This document shows, one piece after another, positions 1-11,866 of a stretch of 64,000 nt of DNA. This stretch comes from Paraphysomonas bandaiensis (lineage: Eukaryota > Protista > Chrysophyceae). Position numbers and translations under genes: made by a program. Below the pieces are notes generated by a model. That model did not search any database. It saw nothing but the letters and a program-made list of their open reading frames with translations, and was not told the DNA's origin. The stretch spans positions 62,001-126,000 of the forward strand of contig CBFFRP010000461.1 of assembly GCA_965644295.1 (NCBI GenBank). The letters run 5' to 3'. Position 1 is the stretch's first letter; each line of letters begins with the position of its first letter.

Positions 1-2219
1 AATAAAGCTCAAAAACATTCGAACATTAAAGTCACCCACAACTGGCGAGTGTATTACATCATTCCGACGATTCTGATTAACATCTCTGAAATTTCCAGGC
101 CCTTGGGAGAAATATGTCGTCTCAATATTAAAAAAGTTATAATCTCGCTCTAAGTCACCATGTATACGTGAAAACACGTGATATATTTTAGGCTTACTGT
201 GAGGTTTGATATCGCCTAGTGCAATCGGTAATCCACCGCGTAGCACATTATCCAGAAAATTCTGACGAATGTACGCGTTGAAGAGTTCCGAACTGGTGTT
301 GGTATTAACTCGTTTAGTGATGGTATGCACTAGTTCTCTCGCTCGGTGGTACTTTTCAGGGATAAATCCCTTCCGTCGGAGTTTTGGAACATGCTCATCA
401 AAGAATTCATCTGATGATGATGCATGGCCGTAAATACTACTGATAACAACACTGCCACCTGAGTTGCAGTTAGAACAAGTGCATTTCTAATAACTACATT
501 TCTAATAACTACACAACGGATTGCTGAAATATACCTGGTGGAATGTCAACCGATGCCCCGGCATAGGCACAAGGAGTTCGACTGGTAGTACCTGTATACA
601 AACATAAGACGCTATGTGACTCTGTGTAAACGATGGCGGAACCGGTTAGGTCCTCACAGAGATAAGAAATAAAATTAAGGGAATAGGCATAATATAAAAT
701 GACTTCGTGCCAGCGTTACTGAATATCTAACACAATGCTCACCTTGCGGCTGCATTATCAAGTCATGCACAGCAGGCGACTTCTTTGAAAAAAATTTCGA
801 TGGCGACACTAGACTTGTATCAGTTCCAAATACAACATTAGGGTCCACTACAAAAGGCAGTAAGTCATAGTTGTCCACGTCAGGGTCATCAGAGATATGC
901 ACTGAGGGTTTAGAGGGATTGAAGTCATCATCATCGCTGTCATCATCAGCAATACGCTCGCCTGTGTTGCTGAATACACCTACAGACGTAGATACAACAT
1001 TAGAACAGGTCAACAAGTATCGCGCACCCCATTTCTTCGAAAGACTTCCGGCAAAGTCGGTATACGACCACATATACCATTGAACAAATATACCACAACA
1101 TTGCAAGCACAGTAATATACACGACAACAACCATAAATAGCTAGTCTCATGTACCTTCTATGTACGCCAAAGCGTAATGACCCTCACGTATCACTTGTAC
1201 TTCTGCGGTATCTGCGGTTCCCTGGCTAGCATGATAGAATGGTAACGTTCTGTCCGTATTATCCATGTTGTATACATTCATCCAAGCCTCCATGGTGCGA
1301 CCCATGGCGTCCAAGTTGCCATTCGGAATTCCGCTCGGTTCAAGTTTGGTCAATCCATCCAACACTTCAAGTGATAGAGAGCTTTCACTATTTCGATTGG
1401 TGATTGTAACTCGACGAACCAACGCAGGAAAGGACTCATCCGGGACAGTAAAGTACAGCACGTTAGTCTCAAGTTCTTTTGATTCATCAACTTCATTAAT
1501 TTCTAGTTCATTCATGCCTGCATAATAACAATTAGTTGATCATACGCAGAACAGCGTCTCAGTTGGTGGTTGTAACGATAGAAGTACAATCACATATAAG
1601 CACTGCTGTACACGTATGTGTTGCATTTACCGATGCTCATATCACGCCTAGTAGTGCATTCTTCTCCTGTATGCGGAAAAAAAGGCATATGCATCCATGA
1701 CTTTTCGCCTATTTTGCCCTTCAAAAATGTTCTAAACCCTGTGAAGGGGGTCTGTTGGTACGCTTTCTCAGCGGTATTAAATTTGGCGATTCCGCCGTCT
1801 TTATTGTCCACACCAAAAGCCGTAATTCCCTGACCACGATTATTGTAAAATGCCCACATAGGTACTCCCCAAATGCCCCCTAATCCAGGGAGAAAGCTGG
1901 ACATTGGTTTCGCCTGATCATAGTTGTACATAATAAACCTTCCATTTTCATCGAACTTCGGTGCAATTGTGGGAATATCAGAATGATCATTAGGCGAAGA
2001 ATTCGATTTAACCATTGAATTTGCAGTTTCTATAAAATAATGCACGGCCACAAATACGAATATGACCACCAAAATACAGCTGCCTCCTGTTATGATGCTG
2101 GCATTTGACGTATTCGGGTGCCGGTTTTGATGTTGCTTATGCTCTTCCTGTTCAGCAAACAACTGCTCATCAATTTGTTGATATCGAGCAAGTTGAATAC
2201 TCTCTCTTTTAGACGACAT
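1..2219 (-). CDS. GH161-family beta-1,3-glucan (laminarin) phosphorylase with N-terminal transmembrane anchor; spliced, 3' part runs off the left edge
   Basis: Exons read by eye about 2219-1631, 1517-1155, 961-743, 591-535 and 458-<1 with GT..AG introns. Peptides FDENGRFIMYNYDQAKPMSSFLPGLGGIWGVPMWAFYNNRGQGI, GFRTF, VFSRIHGDLERDYN and YFSQGPGNFRDVNQNRRND match my recollection of GH161 phosphorylases. Hydrophobic segment CILVVIFVFVAVHYFI near the N-terminus. Confidence 0.85.
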
Positions 2220-2925
2220 ATGATGTTTAATAGTATGACCTGTGCAGCTCTATGATACGCGTTACACTGCAGGGGATTGTCTGCTAACAGTTATAAGAGA
2301 TGATGATAATAACTTGAGAGTTCCTGGTATGTTATGTAATAGGAACCTCTCAGTGACACGAGAGGATTGCTATGAACTACTCGTATGTATGTTAGTAACA
2401 CTGTATATACTCCAACACTCAATAGATTTTAATTATACACTATGAATGTTAGTGGAATAAATACTCTTGAGGGAGATTAATGACAGGGGATGTGAAGAAT
2501 GACATGCTGTGTTGATTATAGTGATATTTAATGCAATGGATGGTAAGCTTGTGTATGTATGTATATATATGTGTGATATATGGAAGGAGTGTATGCATAT
2601 CTGGACTACAAGAGACAGACATATGCATGTATCATATATCTAAATTCAACATCAAGTCACTGTATATTCTACATGGGTGGGGACTGTATGTGTGTAGTGT
2701 GTAGTGGCTACAACACTATACGAGTGTTAGCATGGTGGTGGTGGGTGTGTGTACAAAAAAAATGACCAAAATGTACACAAATATACGCACATTTCGTACA
2801 AAACCATACCATTTCTGCAAAATAAAAGGGGCCCGAACCCCCATGAAGCGTGTGTTTTCATACATAAGGAGTCTCTCATTCTGTTCGCAGTTCATTCTGG
2901 GGTTTAAAAACACACTCTCTCACTG

Positions 2926-3143
2926 GGTGACTACCTAAATTGCATAAATACATAAATGCATAAAAAATCTGGGATTATAGAAATCTATTCAGACCCAGTT
3001 TCTGCATATGTTTATGCATATAGGATAGTTTGTACGAGGGGTCCGGAGGGGTCTCCTAAAAAAACATAAATCTGCATAAATTCATGAGTTTATGCAGCCT
3101 ATTTTTTATGCATTTATGTGTTTGTGCAATTTAGGTAGTCAAC
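2926..3143. mobile_element. ~220-bp MITE nested in the left arm only
   Basis: Ends g(g/t)tgactacctaaattgca are inverted repeats, with internal gcataaa/tttatgc repeats. It is flanked by direct cactg (2921-2925, 3144-3148). The right arm has the empty site (tacagtgag at 5351-5359). Confidence 0.8.
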
Positions 3144-4066
3144 CACTGTATGGTCCTTTTCAAGGAAGGAGTGCTGATGTTTTTTTGCACTTCACTTTTT
3201 TTTTTTCGAAAGTTGTGATTTGCTGTCCTTCTCACAGCACTCAGTATGAACCCACGTCACTCCATTAACAGGCTACCACAGGTGTCATATACGAGTCAAT
3301 GGTAGAATAATGCCTCCAATGCATTATCATGAGTAGTGTAATGACACCAGAACAGAGAAAAGGAAAGAGAAAGAGCCCTAGACTTCCAGAGAAGCAGCAA
3401 TCTGTCCAGGTACAACATAACCCATATCTCTCATATTCATGACCAATTCACATAAAGAGCTAGTTGCAACCACTAAACAAAAGAATAATGGTGAAGGGAC
3501 AAAATATTCCATTGCCAATTGTTAAGTTATTGATGCATCACTGCCTTGATTTAGGAAGCACGCCTGACTTCGCTCATGTAAATCTTACTATAGATGACAA
3601 TATCACCCTCAAGCAGATGAAAAAGTTGTGGACAGAATATAAAGCATGAGTTATGAAGAGAGCATGCATCGTAGTACGAATCGCCCAAGAAAACGTCCCA
3701 GACACACGTTTGAACAGAATGAAGACGCTAAAGATTACCTTGATGAAATGTTGGAGATGAATCGTAGCGTCATCCCTAATCGAAAACCATTCACAATAAC
3801 ATACATTTCGTTGAAATATTTTACCGATTATGACACAATTATGACTTATCAAAAATTTCGCGATTGACATGAACAGTCTACCCGTGATTGACAATTCAGC
3901 TAGATTTGTAAATAGCAGATTTTTTATTTCGTAGAAGAGAACGCCACCGAATATGTGTCATATATACTAAAAGTTATTTCATTAATTTCTTAATTCAAAT
4001 CACTTCACGTAATTAGTGTTAATTGTTAATGCGTACTACATAATGAAAACAATTTCCTAGCAATCA

Positions 4067-5037
4067 TTAATTCTGCATGCAGGCAGCAACGTCAAAATTG
4101 TCTCTGTATAAGTCAAAATGATGATATGCCTGTAAAACCCCCGGCTGCGCAATGCTGTAGTGTCTAAATGTAAAATTTATTAGTCCTACTGGGTCGTCCC
4201 GCCAACGTAGTTCATCGTCTCCCTCGCGAATGAAATTCTCAATAGCCGCAAATCCATGTTCAATAGGTTTTAGTTCCGGAGAGAATGGCGCACAATACAT
4301 TTAATATTTTCGAAAAGTATCATCATTCTGTTCCCTGATTACCAGCATTATCAAATAAACCATATGCATCATCGTTAAGTAACGGCGCAATCGACTTCAA
4401 GAAAATATAACTTCGTTATCGGAGACAGTACCTTCAAAAACATGCCACGCTAGAAATCCCAATACAGTGCGCGCTCATAATCTTCACCTCTTGGAGCCCA
4501 ACCATAACTTGCTAAAAAATAATCTGAGCTTCGGACAATTCCATCAATATCCACAATGCGTCCAGCAGATATGTGTGAGATGTCTTCCAAGAGTTGAATC
4601 TGCTCCTCTGGATTCTTCCTGATATTTTTCCAATTTAATGGTCCTATACACTGTTGCCAATGAAGTAGAATCTGGACAATGCTGCCCAAAGTACTCCTCA
4701 CTGAATCGAAGAGTAGGCAGCCGCAAGTTGATGTTACGATTCATCTCCAACATTTCATCAAGGTAATCTTTAGCGTCTTCATTCTGTTCAAACGTGTGTC
4801 TGGGACGTTTTCTTGGGCGATTCGTACTACGATGCATGCTCTCTTCATAACTCATGCTTTATATTCTGTCCACAACTTTTTCATCTGCTTGAGGGTGATA
4901 TTGTCATCTATAGTAAGATTTACATGAGCGAAGTCAGGCGTGCTTCCTAAATCAAGGCAGTGATGCATCAATAACTTAACAATTGGCAATGGAATATTTT
5001 GTCCCTTCACCATTATTCTTTTGTTTAGTGGTTTCAA
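4067..5037 (-). pseudogene. Frameshifted IS630/Tc1-type DDE transposase
   Basis: Fragments in several frames: an N-terminal putative HTH region, RIVDIDG..YGWAPRGE (first Asp), GLFDNAGNQ (second Asp, about 4335-4362) and YCAPFSPELKPIEHGF (PYSPDLNPIE-type Glu motif). Stops and frameshifts lie between them. Confidence 0.85.
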
Positions 5038-5787
5038 CTAGCTCTTTATGTGAATTGGTCATGAATATGAGAGATATGGGTTATGTTGTACCTGGACAGA
5101 TTGCTGCTTCTCTGGAAGTCTAGGGCTCTTTCTCTTTCCTTTTCTCTGTTCTGGTGTCATTACACTACTCATGATAATGCATTGGTGGCATTATTCTACC
5201 ATTGACTCATATATGACACCTGTGGTAGCCTGTTAATGGAGTGACGTGGGGTCATACTGAGTGCTGTGAGAAGGACAGCAAATCACAACTTTCGAAAAAA
5301 AAAAAGTGAAGTGCAAAAAAACATCAGCACTCCTTCCTTGAAAAGGACCATACAGTGAGAGAGTGTTTTTTAAACCCAGAATGAACTGCGAACGAAAATG
5401 AGAGTCCTTATGTATGAAAACACACGCTTCATGGGGGATCGGGCCCCTTTTATTTTGCAGAAATGGTATGGTTTTGTACGAAATGTGCGTATATTTGTGT
5501 ACATTTTGGTCATTTTTTTTGTACACATACCCCAACGTGTATTAATTCAGTTTCTTTATGTGGATTCACATAGATTTTAAGAGAATTTGTATTTATATGG
5601 GTTTATATATCAAAATATCGGTGAAATTCATACTATGATTTGAAAACCCCATCGCATATACGTACATTTAGATATGTGGTACGCACAAGGCAGCAGATTA
5701 ACAGCCAAGGAGGATATCAGGTCAGTGATATCTATACAACTATACTATACAACTATACTATATATAGATATCAAAACTAATTCTATA

Positions 5788-7824
5788 ATGATAAAATCAG
5801 TTTATCGTATTCGTACATTCATTCCTTTCAGTAAACTTCAATGTTCTACCTTCTCATCAATACGCAGTAAAGTTCTTGATGATAATTTCGTTCGATTCCA
5901 GCTAATAAACGTCCTTCATGCTGACAGGGATCTATTCATCAAGGTCTAATCAATAGTATTCATTCAAATACATCACTAACTCTTCTAATAGAGTGATAGA
6001 TATCAGCATGTCACACCAGATATTGTATCTGATACGTTAAATGCAGCTGTTAATCTTGCGGAGAAAGAGTATTTACCTCATTCACGAAAAAACGATTTAT
6101 GTGAGCCGAAATGGAACCCTGCCACTGGAGTGGATATCATTGAAGACGTTGGTGATGCTATAGCCGCTTATAAAGGCGCTGGATTTTTCAGGTACTATAT
6201 AATAACCTACCTGACTACTGGTGATAAATGTTGAAGTGCCCACGCGGACTTCGAATTCGGCGGGATGCAATTGCCATCATGTGTAACAAGTTTACTAGCT
6301 CTTCCTTTCACAGCTGCAAACCCAGGAACGACTGCATACTCGTTTCTAACAATTGCAGCTGGAAACATGCTACGTGCTGTTGGAACGAAGGAACAACTAA
6401 ATAAATATCTTCTCCCGATGCTTGAGGGGCGCTATTTCGGCACAATGAATCTGTCAGAGACCCAAGCAGGAAGCTCCTTGGGAGATATTACAACAAAAGC
6501 CGAACTTCGGTCTGATGGAACTTACTCTATCAGAGGTTCGAAAATGTGGATTTCCGCTGGCGAACACGAGTTGTCTGAAAATATTGTACATATGGTGCTT
6601 GCGAAAGTTGTTCACCCTTCTGGTGGGGCCCAAGCTGGAGTCAAGGGAATTTCTCTGTTTATTGTGCCGAAATTTAGAGTGAATGACGATGGAACTTTGG
6701 GTCAAAAGAATGGCGTGTCACTGGCTGGGCTTAACCATAAGATGGGGTATCGCGGCACTACAAACTGTGTGATGAGTTATGGCGAAGGAGAGGAGGAATG
6801 CATTGGGGAACTTCTTGGGGGGGTTGGACAGGGTCTTGCAACAATGTTTCATATGATGAATGAGGCGCGAATAGCAATTGGCTTTGGTGCATGCGGGCTT
6901 GGGTATGCTGGGTATGTGCGCTCGCTAGAGTACGCGCTTGAGAGGCATCAAGGCCGACCGGCTTCCTCTAAAAACCCTTCTTCTCCACAGGTTCCAATAA
7001 TACAACATGCAGATGTAAGGAGGATGTTAATTGCACAAAAAGCCTATGTGGAAGGTGCTTTGTCATTGTGCATGTTTGGGGCGTTTCTTGTGGATCAGCT
7101 AAATGACCCGACGCTTTTTAGCGGTGAGAATGACAGAGAAGATGCCACACTCTTGCTAGACACTCTTACTCCAATCATTAAATCCTGGCCCTCAGAGTGG
7201 TGTCTCGAAGCAAATAAGTGGGCGATTCAGATTTTTGGTGGATATGGATATACAAGGGACTATGATGTTGAACAAATCTACCGTGACAACAGACTGAATA
7301 TGATACACGAGGGAACTAACGGAATTCAAAGCTTGGATCTACTAGGACGAAAGGTTATGGCCAAAGAAGGACGAGGGATTGCAGTTCTTCTCAATGCAAT
7401 GAGAAAAAGTATCAATCATGCAAAGGGAGTAGCAGACACATGCAGTAATACTGCTTCGAGCAATCTTAGGGAGCATGCTGTTGCGTTAGAGGAGGCAGTA
7501 GATAGACTGGAGCGCACCACCTCCACTCTTGCAAGCGCCGCTCTGAAAGGAAATGTAGAATTAATGCTTTGCAATTCCCATGAGTACTTAAATATGACTG
7601 GACACACTGCAATTGCCTGGAGGTGGCTTGAAACAGAAGTTGCAGCTACATTGAAGACTTCAAATAGTAAAGTAGAGGACGGATTACCGATGGACTTCTA
7701 TGTCGGTCAACGAATGGCGTCACGCTACTTCTTTACCCATGAACTACCCAAAACTATTCATCAGGCCCGTCTTCTTAGTTCACTAGATGACCTAAATTTA
7801 GTTTTGAAGAATGAATACTTCTAG
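5788..7824 (+). CDS. Acyl-CoA dehydrogenase (long FadE5/DmdC-like class), probably mitochondrial
   Basis: Exons 5788-5943, 5992-6191 and 6237-7824 (introns 48 and 45 nt). Motifs GTMNLSETQAGS, GSKMWISAGEH, KGISLFIVPK, HKMGYRG, MFHMMNEARI, QIFGGYGY and IHEGTNGIQSLDLLGRK. Arg/Ser-rich presequence-like N-terminus. Confidence 0.93.
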
Positions 7825-9325
7825 ATGTTTGTCACCCTGAAGTTCGAATAATTTGGATTTTGTATTGACGCGACGAGTGATATCTGGGCCTCATCAAAGG
7901 ATGTATTACTAGCACTTTTTCCCCTTGCATGTATACGAAATAGCACCTAATCTTTCAACAACATCTCGGGATTTAACTACTGAGAACTGTGACATCTTGT
8001 TATCCATGTGTAGTCGAACGCATTAACTCTAATATAATTTATGCTAATTTTAGTTTGCCATAAACTTTGCGCCTAAACTCATAATATACTGCCAATACTA
8101 CCTTTACATCCAGTTGTTAAAGTTGTTAAAGTTCAACCAACTCCTACGTATGGAGTATGGAGTAGTAGCTGATTGTCGATAATGATTTCTTTCAACAAGA
8201 TTGCATTATGCATTACAAGAAACTATAAACATGTCAGAAAACACACATGAAAATCTAAAATATACGATATACTGTGTAAATATTCATGCTGAGGATTGTT
8301 GCTCTGCAACCGCAACATCACAACTTTAACTTTCTTTCCAAATTCCCGCCTTAAATACATAACCGAAAATATGATTTAAAAACAATATTCAGGATTGGTT
8401 GTAGAAAGTTGAAAAGAAGAAGTTATATTCTGGTGAATTGTACAATACTTGACTCAGAAAAGATTGCCATGAAAACGTGCCTCCACACGTAAATATGATA
8501 CGTGGTCAGGAGTGTAGAACTAACAGTAAGTCCAATCAGCATTACCGAAAATGCGAATGATGAATGCAACGATTCCACTGAAAGCTGTAGCTGATTTTGG
8601 GAAAATCTAACTGGAAGATATAATAGAAGAATCTTCGAATATACTCAAATACCATTTATGATTAAACACCAGTGAAACATAATTCAATGAATTCCTGTCG
8701 TTATGACACACAGATGTGCGTTCCGTTACTAGTAACTATGTATTCCTCTTCACAACGCTATCTTGAAGATTTGGCCTGTTAGTTTGACATATATTATAGT
8801 TATACGCTACACTCAGTGTTCTGACTGCACGGTGTATGGTAGAGACAAACTTCACAACTCGTGTGTTATGGGACATATGATGTCTATCATCCGGTCAGTT
8901 TAGCATAGAGGGAGTAGAGTTACTCTTGTGTTGAGTCGCCCCAATCTGATGCCCATATATCCATATATACACGTATGTACTGTTGCTGGTGCGTACATAC
9001 ATACATAGAGCAGACTACTACTATATATTTATTATGGATCTTAGGGAATAATGCATATGTTCAACTCAGATGGAAACTGATTAACAGAGCGAGTCTCTGT
9101 GCGTGTATGACTGGGCTTACGTCTACTATATGATCCACTGCTGTATATATATACACATGTGGTGTGTTTGTAGTGTTGCTTGTTTTGCTGTATCTTTGAC
9201 AACAGTGGCTAGATATCCTGGATTTTAAGGTGATAGACATATAAAAATTACGTTTTTAGCAAAAGAAGTATACTTCTGCTTGTACACTGTACGTACTGCT
9301 GTAGATGATATAAACGCACTGCTGC

Positions 9326-9450
9326 ACGTATCGGCATCCTTGGTGTATTTTTGTTCCATGATGCCTCTAATATTGAAACAACAATTATGTGTATTCCAGC
9401 CGTAGGCGTATTGCAGTAATATAGAGTGATTTTGCTTCAATTTGTTTCCG
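9326..9450 (+). repeat. Dispersed 125-bp repeat, truncated relative of the MITE-like element at 41532-41682
   Basis: acgtatcggcatcctt...gatgcctctaatattga...ttatgtgtattccagccgtag...ttttgcttcaattt(g/a)tttccg aligns with 41531-41655 at roughly 85% identity by eye. Confidence 0.85.
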
Positions 9451-9556
9451 AAAAATACGCATTACGGAGTACTTGTATATATATATATATATAGTGTCAA
9501 TGCAGATAGAAGTACATGTACATATATATTAACAACCATATCTAACTAACACAATC

Positions 9557-11866
9557 ATGAACCACCCCACCCTCCTTTTCATTTCCCTTATCATTTCCTT
9601 TCTCCTTCCCTCCACTACCAGTCATCCAATCCCTCAGGAATGGATAGATAAGATATCTGCTTCCAATGCTCTGTATGCCCCCTCTGATGACGCTCCTATT
9701 AACTCAGAGGGATATCCAGATATATACATACCTCTTATCGGGAATGGATATTTCTCTCATTCAAAGGGTGTGAGGAGTGATACATACTACATATCAGGTG
9801 TTTATAATAACCAAACGACATCTCCATCTCATCGTGCTAGAATACCCGCTACTTTTGCAGTAACGATATCGAATTCTGAAACAACAGGGGTATTATTGGA
9901 TATGTTAGAAGGGACATACACTCGTAGGGGTGTTATACGTAATACTGGTTGGTACGAATTGAGGTGGTATGCTCATAGGGATCGCCGATCAGTTTATGTC
10001 ATGGAATTAGAGGCTCATTTACAGCCAGGAGTCGAAAACATGACACTTGAGCTCACAAACAATGCTGGTGATGCTTCCGAAGATATTATTTTTACTCAAA
10101 AGATTCGTAAGTTGGGCAATATAGAGATAACTGTTCAATGTGGCGATACAACTATTCCAGAAACTCCGTTTTCAGAACCTACACGTGTTTGTATGGCTTA
10201 CACTGCAGTACCAACAGCAGTGACGACTGTCTCAACCAGAACCTTTCAGACATTCGTTACAGCAACGCGAACATCTTTAGATGCGCGTGATGTGGAGGAG
10301 GCAGCGATTCAAGACTGTATAAATGCCCTCCGTACAAATGCGAAATTACCACCTGATATTGAAGCACCAACACAAACATACAAGCGATATGCGCAATCTG
10401 CTCTACTGGTGGAACACGTACGTGCTTGGGCAACCTTGTGGTCTAGCGGGGTGGAGATTAGTAGTCGGGCAGATGTAGCGGTTGCAGTTAACGCCTCGTT
10501 GTTCGCGATACTAAGCTCTGTGCGTGACGACTGGCCCTACGGCCTTGCTCCAGGCGGTTTAACGAACTACTATAATGGGCATAGCTTTTGGGATACTGAG
10601 ACTTGGATGTATCCTCCTCTTCTGCTTCTCCATTCTTCTATTGCTGAAAGCCTAATTAAGTATCGATTTGATAGATTGAATGGTGCATACATGAAAGCAA
10701 AATCGTATACTCCTCCCTATAAAGGGGCGATGTTTCCCTGGGAATCTGCTTTTAGTGGGTACGAAACCTGTCCCACCTGGGCGGATACAGGACTCCGAGA
10801 GCAACATATATCGGCTGATATATCACTAGCTGTGTATCAGTACTATTTAATGACACAAGATAAGTACTGGCTGCGACACATAGGGTTGCCAATACTCACT
10901 GGCGTTGCTGATTTTTTCCTTTCTCGTGCTGTTTATGATAACTCTGGACAGGCACATATATACGACGTCATTCCCCCTGATGAGTATGCTGATCACTGTG
11001 ATGATTCGGTTTACACTAATTACGCTGCCTCTAATGCTCTACGTTATGCTGTTTCTGCTATGGATGTACTTGACATAGACGGCACAAATCTTCCTAACTA
11101 CACCACATTGGCGGAGAGTTTGACAATACTGTATGATTCGGAATTAGGAATCCATCCAGAGTATAAAGGTTATAATGGAGAGCTAATTAAGCAGGCAGAT
11201 GCAGTACTTCTTCACTATCCATGGGGAATGGAAATGGATGTCAGTACACAACAAAATGATTTGGAGTACTACTCTAAGCTCACAGACGATAATGGGCCAG
11301 CTATGACATGGGGTATGCATTCAATTGGCTACAAAGACTTGTTGTTGCTGGACAAGGCCAGCCAATATTTCAACAAATCTTTCGAGAATAACATGCAACC
11401 CCCGTTTATGGTGTGGACGGAAACAGCAAGCGGAAATGCCGGAAACTTTATTACAGGTGCTGGAGGATTTCTGCATACTCTTACTTTTGGCTATCCTGGA
11501 CTTCGCATTGAGAGTAACCGAAACTCAAAAGGCCGAGCACAAACTAGTCGGTTATTGATTGACACTCCGGTTTGTCCAGAAATGGCGACTGGTGTAAAAC
11601 TACGAGGGACGAGGTACTTAGGCAGCGTTCTGGACGTGTCATATTCTTGCAATGTTAAAGCGGGGAAGTGCCCAGCCGGTATGGCGCATGAAATATCTAT
11701 ACGTGTAACATCTATGGGGCCAATGTTATTGGAGTTTGTGGTTTTAAATAATGATAACGAAGTTCCTACCTCGACTGTGCTAAAGGAAGACGTTGAGGTG
11801 AGTATTAAAATTCCGTGCGACGACGGTGATAAATCTGTCTTTGTGATACAAGAGTATATGGCGTAG
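9557..11866 (+). CDS. Secreted GH65 glycoside hydrolase (PGGHG / acid trehalase-like)
   Basis: Intronless 769 aa with a signal peptide. GH65 motifs YNGHSFWDTETW, GAMFPWES, EQHISADI, VIPPDEY, IKQADAVLL, GPAMTW and NFITGAGGFL. Confidence 0.92.
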   Translation: MNHPTLLFISLIISFLLPSTTSHPIPQEWIDKISASNALYAPSDDAPINSEGYPDIYIPLIGNGYFSHSKGVRSDTYYISGVYNNQTTSPSHRARIPATFAVTISNSETTGVLLDMLEGTYTRRGVIRNTGWYELRWYAHRDRRSVYVMELEAHLQPGVENMTLELTNNAGDASEDIIFTQKIRKLGNIEITVQCGDTTIPETPFSEPTRVCMAYTAVPTAVTTVSTRTFQTFVTATRTSLDARDVEEAAIQDCINALRTNAKLPPDIEAPTQTYKRYAQSALLVEHVRAWATLWSSGVEISSRADVAVAVNASLFAILSSVRDDWPYGLAPGGLTNYYNGHSFWDTETWMYPPLLLLHSSIAESLIKYRFDRLNGAYMKAKSYTPPYKGAMFPWESAFSGYETCPTWADTGLREQHISADISLAVYQYYLMTQDKYWLRHIGLPILTGVADFFLSRAVYDNSGQAHIYDVIPPDEYADHCDDSVYTNYAASNALRYAVSAMDVLDIDGTNLPNYTTLAESLTILYDSELGIHPEYKGYNGELIKQADAVLLHYPWGMEMDVSTQQNDLEYYSKLTDDNGPAMTWGMHSIGYKDLLLLDKASQYFNKSFENNMQPPFMVWTETASGNAGNFITGAGGFLHTLTFGYPGLRIESNRNSKGRAQTSRLLIDTPVCPEMATGVKLRGTRYLGSVLDVSYSCNVKAGKCPAGMAHEISIRVTSMGPMLLEFVVLNNDNEVPTSTVLKEDVEVSIKIPCDDGDKSVFVIQEYMA

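Larger units (their letters stand above)
2743..5533. mobile_element. IS630/Tc1-mariner-derived element with ~800-bp inverted arms (about 2743-3766 and 4735-5533) around a ~970-bp centre
   Basis: Mirror ORF pairs 3464..3649(+)/4852..5037(-) and 3646(+)/4855(-). Outer ends gggt(g/a)tgtgtacaaaaaaaatgacc are reverse complements. Arm identity stops at 3766/4735. Confidence 0.85.

Noticed and set aside
3848-3934. Peptide IDNSARFVNS resembling a SET NxARFxN motif
   Set aside because: Short, bounded by stops and without other SET motifs; probably chance.
2743-5533. Fanzor/TnpB cargo in the IS630/Tc1 element
   Set aside because: No RuvC or zinc-finger motifs are visible, and the non-transposase centre (3767-4066) is only ~300 bp with stops in the frames examined.
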